DNA of 64,000 bases from a virus: positions 30,995-94,994 of the IMG/VR virus record IMGVR_UViG_3300032296_003821, one strand, 5' to 3'. A program made the translations under genes and the position numbers. The notes beneath the pieces are model-generated. The model did not search any database, was not told the origin of the DNA, and worked only from the letters and a program-made list of their open reading frames with translations. Of the stretch, positions 61,108 through 64,000 are shown piece after piece. The number at the start of each line of letters is the position of its first letter. Position 1 is the first letter of the stretch.

Positions 61108-62358
61108 ATGTACTGGCTGATAGAAGATCCTAAACATATTGAATTACTCGCAAGTTTAAAACATGATATAGCTTATGTTGAGGTAATACCCAACTCACAT
61201 AATTTACATGCTGTTGAAAACGATGTATGTGCTTTATATATCCGTCCAAAAGATGATTCAAAAGGATATATTATTCCGGTAAACCATAGCGAAACAATAA
61301 ATGCAACGATAGAGGATTGTTTAAAAGTATTAAACAGTATAAAACACATTTACGTAAGAGATAGAAAAGAATTTCTACATTATTTCCCTATTAAGCACTG
61401 TTACCAACCCTCACCCTCCCCCAATACGTATATACCTCAATTAACAACAGCTCACACACAAATTTACAATAGGTATCCGGAGATACAAAATTTAAACACT
61501 ATTGTACCGATAGTAAAACATTATGAGGTATGTGAGCAAAACTTTGCAAACTACGAAAAAATAAGATTTAACTCGTTTTATGATAAGGCGGCATTGGTGT
61601 TTAATCAACTAGAACGAGCGGGTATAAAAATAGACCAAGAGTTATTTGAACAGTACTTTGACAAAGAAGCAAACGAGTTTATATACACTCACTATAACCT
61701 AAACACATTAACAACAAGACCCTCAAATACTTTTAATAACATAAATTTTTCAGCATTACATAAATTCAATGGAGAAAGAAAATTTATTATACCGCGCAAT
61801 GATTCGTTTATCGAGATGGATATTAGTGCTTATCACCCTACCCTTCTTGCTAATTTACTTGACTACACTTTCGATAGCAGTGATATCCATGGCAGTTTTG
61901 CTAAGATGTATGGAGTGGATTACGCCCGAGCAAAAGAGATCACATTTAAGCAACTTTATGGTGGAGTTTGGAAAGAGTATAGGGAACTTCCCTTCTTTAA
62001 AAAAGTAGTAGCATATACGGACGATTTGTGGGAATCATTTAATTATGCGGGACATATCAAATGCCCAATTTCAGATCATAAGTTTTACAACAACGAACTG
62101 GAAGATATGAATCCACAAAAGTTGTTGAATTACGTGTTACAAAACTTGGAGACCGCAAATAACGTTAATATATTATATGAAATATTTAAGATATTGCGCG
62201 GGAAAAATACTAAACTCGTATTATATGTGTACGATTCGTTTTTATTTGATTATGATGAAAATGAACCGGACGTAATGCTTCAAATATTAGGAATATTTAA
62301 CAAATATAAATTACAAGTTAAAACCAAAAAAGGTACAAACTACGATAATATTAAATAA
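61108..62358 (+). CDS. Short, divergent family A DNA polymerase-like protein
   Basis: TLTTRPSN; motif A EMDISAYHPTLL; motif B RAKEITFKQLYG; NYVLQ; motif C LYVYDSFLFD. Confidence 0.75.
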   Translation: MYWLIEDPKHIELLASLKHDIAYVEVIPNSHNLHAVENDVCALYIRPKDDSKGYIIPVNHSETINATIEDCLKVLNSIKHIYVRDRKEFLHYFPIKHCYQPSPSPNTYIPQLTTAHTQIYNRYPEIQNLNTIVPIVKHYEVCEQNFANYEKIRFNSFYDKAALVFNQLERAGIKIDQELFEQYFDKEANEFIYTHYNLNTLTTRPSNTFNNINFSALHKFNGERKFIIPRNDSFIEMDISAYHPTLLANLLDYTFDSSDIHGSFAKMYGVDYARAKEITFKQLYGGVWKEYRELPFFKKVVAYTDDLWESFNYAGHIKCPISDHKFYNNELEDMNPQKLLNYVLQNLETANNVNILYEIFKILRGKNTKLVLYVYDSFLFDYDENEPDVMLQILGIFNKYKLQVKTKKGTNYDNIK

Positions 62359-62363
62359 AAGTT

Positions 62364-62825
62364 ATGAACATCACTTTGGAACAACCCCGTCATATGTATA
62401 ATCAATTCGACTATGATTTTACATTTGATACGTTATTGATGAACAATAGATTGTTTTGCACATTTACTTCCTTGGATGATTTAGAGGCGTTGGTTGGAGA
62501 ACTGTCAAGACGCTATTCCATTATGTACAATAAAATGTTTGTGTTGCATGTTAAAAGCAACAATGAATATGTTATTACATATAATGTTGACCAAGGCAAC
62601 ATAAATGATATTCCCGATAATACCATTTTGGTACATAGAAAAAAAGAATCAAACACACTATATACAATAAATGCCTTAAACGAGTTAATTAAAAAACTCA
62701 ATGGAGGAGCAGTTGATACAAATTTTCCAGTAAACTGGCAACACTACAGAAATTGTATATTGCTTACTCAACATAATGAGATAAAGCAACTAAACACAAA
62801 GATTTTCAAGATAGTTGAAATCTAG
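62364..62825 (+). CDS. Phage hypothetical protein
   Basis: LFCTFT; TYNV; TILVHRKKESNTLYTINALN; start uncertain (62364, 62394 or 62439). Confidence 0.65.
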   Translation: MNITLEQPRHMYNQFDYDFTFDTLLMNNRLFCTFTSLDDLEALVGELSRRYSIMYNKMFVLHVKSNNEYVITYNVDQGNINDIPDNTILVHRKKESNTLYTINALNELIKKLNGGAVDTNFPVNWQHYRNCILLTQHNEIKQLNTKIFKIVEI

Positions 62826-62857
62826 TTTGGTTTAGTGAATAAAGGTTATTATATTAA
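62826..62857 (+). promoter_or_regulatory. Bacteroidota-type host-sigma promoter
   Basis: TTTG (62826) - 20 nt - TATATTAA (62850). Confidence 0.55.
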
Positions 62858-62885
62858 AGTTGTAAACAAATAAATTAGTTATATT

Positions 62886-63716
62886 ATGAATCTTGATGCT
62901 ATTAAGAAAAAGCTTGAGTCCATGCAAAAACAACCCTCATCAGGTGGTGGCTCAAACAACCAAACAAAGCGCTTTAAACCGCAAGTTGGTAAACAAACGG
63001 TTCGTGTTGTTCCTTTCAAATACAACAAAGACTTTCCATTTACGGAAATGAAATTCTACTATGGTATTGGTAGTAAAAAGGTAATCGCTTCTCCTTTGAA
63101 CTGGGGTGAAAAAGATCCAATTGCTGAATTTGCAAAACAACTTCGTGGTACAAACGACAAAGAAAACTGGCGCTTGGCTAAGAAATTAGATCCGAAAGTT
63201 CGTATCTTTGCTCCTGTAATTGTTCGTGGACAAGAATCTGAAGGTGTTCACTTGTGGGAATTTGGTAAAGAAATTTACGAGGCATTCTTGCAAATGGCTG
63301 CTGATGAAGAAGTAGGTGACTTCACAGACATCATGACTGGCCGTGACATTAAATTGGTTACTGTAGGTCCTGAATCAACAGGTACTGTGTACAACAAAAC
63401 TACTATTCAACCGTCAATGAAAACATCCCCATTATCTGAAGATAATAAAGAATTGGAATTGTGGTTGGATGATCAAGTTAATCCAAAAGACATTTACAAA
63501 ATGCTTCCTTTTGATGAGATCAAAGCAGCACTTCAAGAATGGTTAAACCCTGAAGAAGATGAAGACTTTACTCCATCAGATGGCCTATTAGTAGTAGAAG
63601 AAAAGGAAGAAAAACCTCAATCAAACTATAGCTTGTCTGCTAAACCAGCAGCTAAAAAATCAAAAGCAGAAACTTTTGACGATTTGTTTGAAGAGGATGA
63701 TGACATGCCATTTTAA
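62886..63716 (+). CDS. Single-stranded DNA-binding protein (T4 gp32-like)
   Basis: KP..GKQTVRVVP; DPIAEF; APVIVRG.E.EGV.LWEFGK; D.TD...GRD; acidic tail DDLFEEDDDMPF. Confidence 0.85.
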   Translation: MNLDAIKKKLESMQKQPSSGGGSNNQTKRFKPQVGKQTVRVVPFKYNKDFPFTEMKFYYGIGSKKVIASPLNWGEKDPIAEFAKQLRGTNDKENWRLAKKLDPKVRIFAPVIVRGQESEGVHLWEFGKEIYEAFLQMAADEEVGDFTDIMTGRDIKLVTVGPESTGTVYNKTTIQPSMKTSPLSEDNKELELWLDDQVNPKDIYKMLPFDEIKAALQEWLNPEEDEDFTPSDGLLVVEEKEEKPQSNYSLSAKPAAKKSKAETFDDLFEEDDDMPF

Positions 63717-63730
63717 TTTGAACTAAGGTT

Positions 63731-64000
63731 ATGGCTAAAGGAAGAAAATCGCTAACAGAGGCGGCGGACAGAGAACTGAAAACCGCCTTTAGTTTAGACA
63801 AATTTAAGGCAAATAAGGGTTTAGCGTCAAACGTTAAGTTCAAGGAGCAAAAGTGGATTCCATTTTCTCCGGCTTTACAAGAAGCACTATCTATCCCTGG
63901 AATTCCTATGGGCCATAACTCAATGGTTCGAGGAAAATCAAATACAGGGAAATCTACTATGACCATTGAAGTAGCAGTTAATGCTCAAAAAATGGGAGTA
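63731..64000 (+). CDS. recA: RecA/UvsX-like recombinase, partial (5' end)
   Basis: MAKGRKSL..WIPFSPALQEALSIPGIPMGHNSMVRGKSNTGKST (Walker A)..AQKMGV; runs off the window and is absent from the ORF track. Confidence 0.8.
   Translation, partial: MAKGRKSLTEAADRELKTAFSLDKFKANKGLASNVKFKEQKWIPFSPALQEALSIPGIPMGHNSMVRGKSNTGKSTMTIEVAVNAQKMGV

Overview
This window is a 64-kb, AT-rich segment of a large T4-like (myovirus-type) tailed phage genome, with essentially every gene on the + strand. Gene order: (i) small putative internal head proteins, an FAD oxidoreductase/AAA-kinase pair and a spanin-like pair; (ii) terminase large subunit, portal, core proteins, prohead protease, scaffold, major capsid protein and PhoH; (iii) neck proteins and ~20 kb of Ser/Thr/Gly-rich fibre genes (SHAEG repeats, collagen repeats, LamG domains); (iv) a glycosyltransferase + sulfotransferase + APS kinase + HxGH nucleotidyltransferase + DUF2061 cluster; (v) two tail sheaths, tube, tail chaperones with a probable +1 frameshift, tape measure and baseplate/hub with a CHAP-like domain; (vi) the start of the replication module (short PolA-like protein, gp32-like SSB, RecA/UvsX). 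A Bacteroidota host is inferred from four TTG-N20-TA promoters, the lack of Shine-Dalgarno sites and a Q-rule signal peptide. The two strongest leads are (A) a putative phage-encoded virion glycosylation/sulfation system, with a candidate [ST]-[GAS]-S acceptor motif pervading outward-facing virion proteins, and (B) a capsid cargo-loading code in which unrelated proteins share N-terminal address tags and [LIV]-x-E protease sites, one tag copying the scaffold C-terminus. Also noted: a candidate three-way-junction leader RNA, a late-promoter motif that is the reverse complement of the T4 late promoter, and an unannotated 47-aa basic ORF. All assignments come from reading motifs by eye; no database searches were run.
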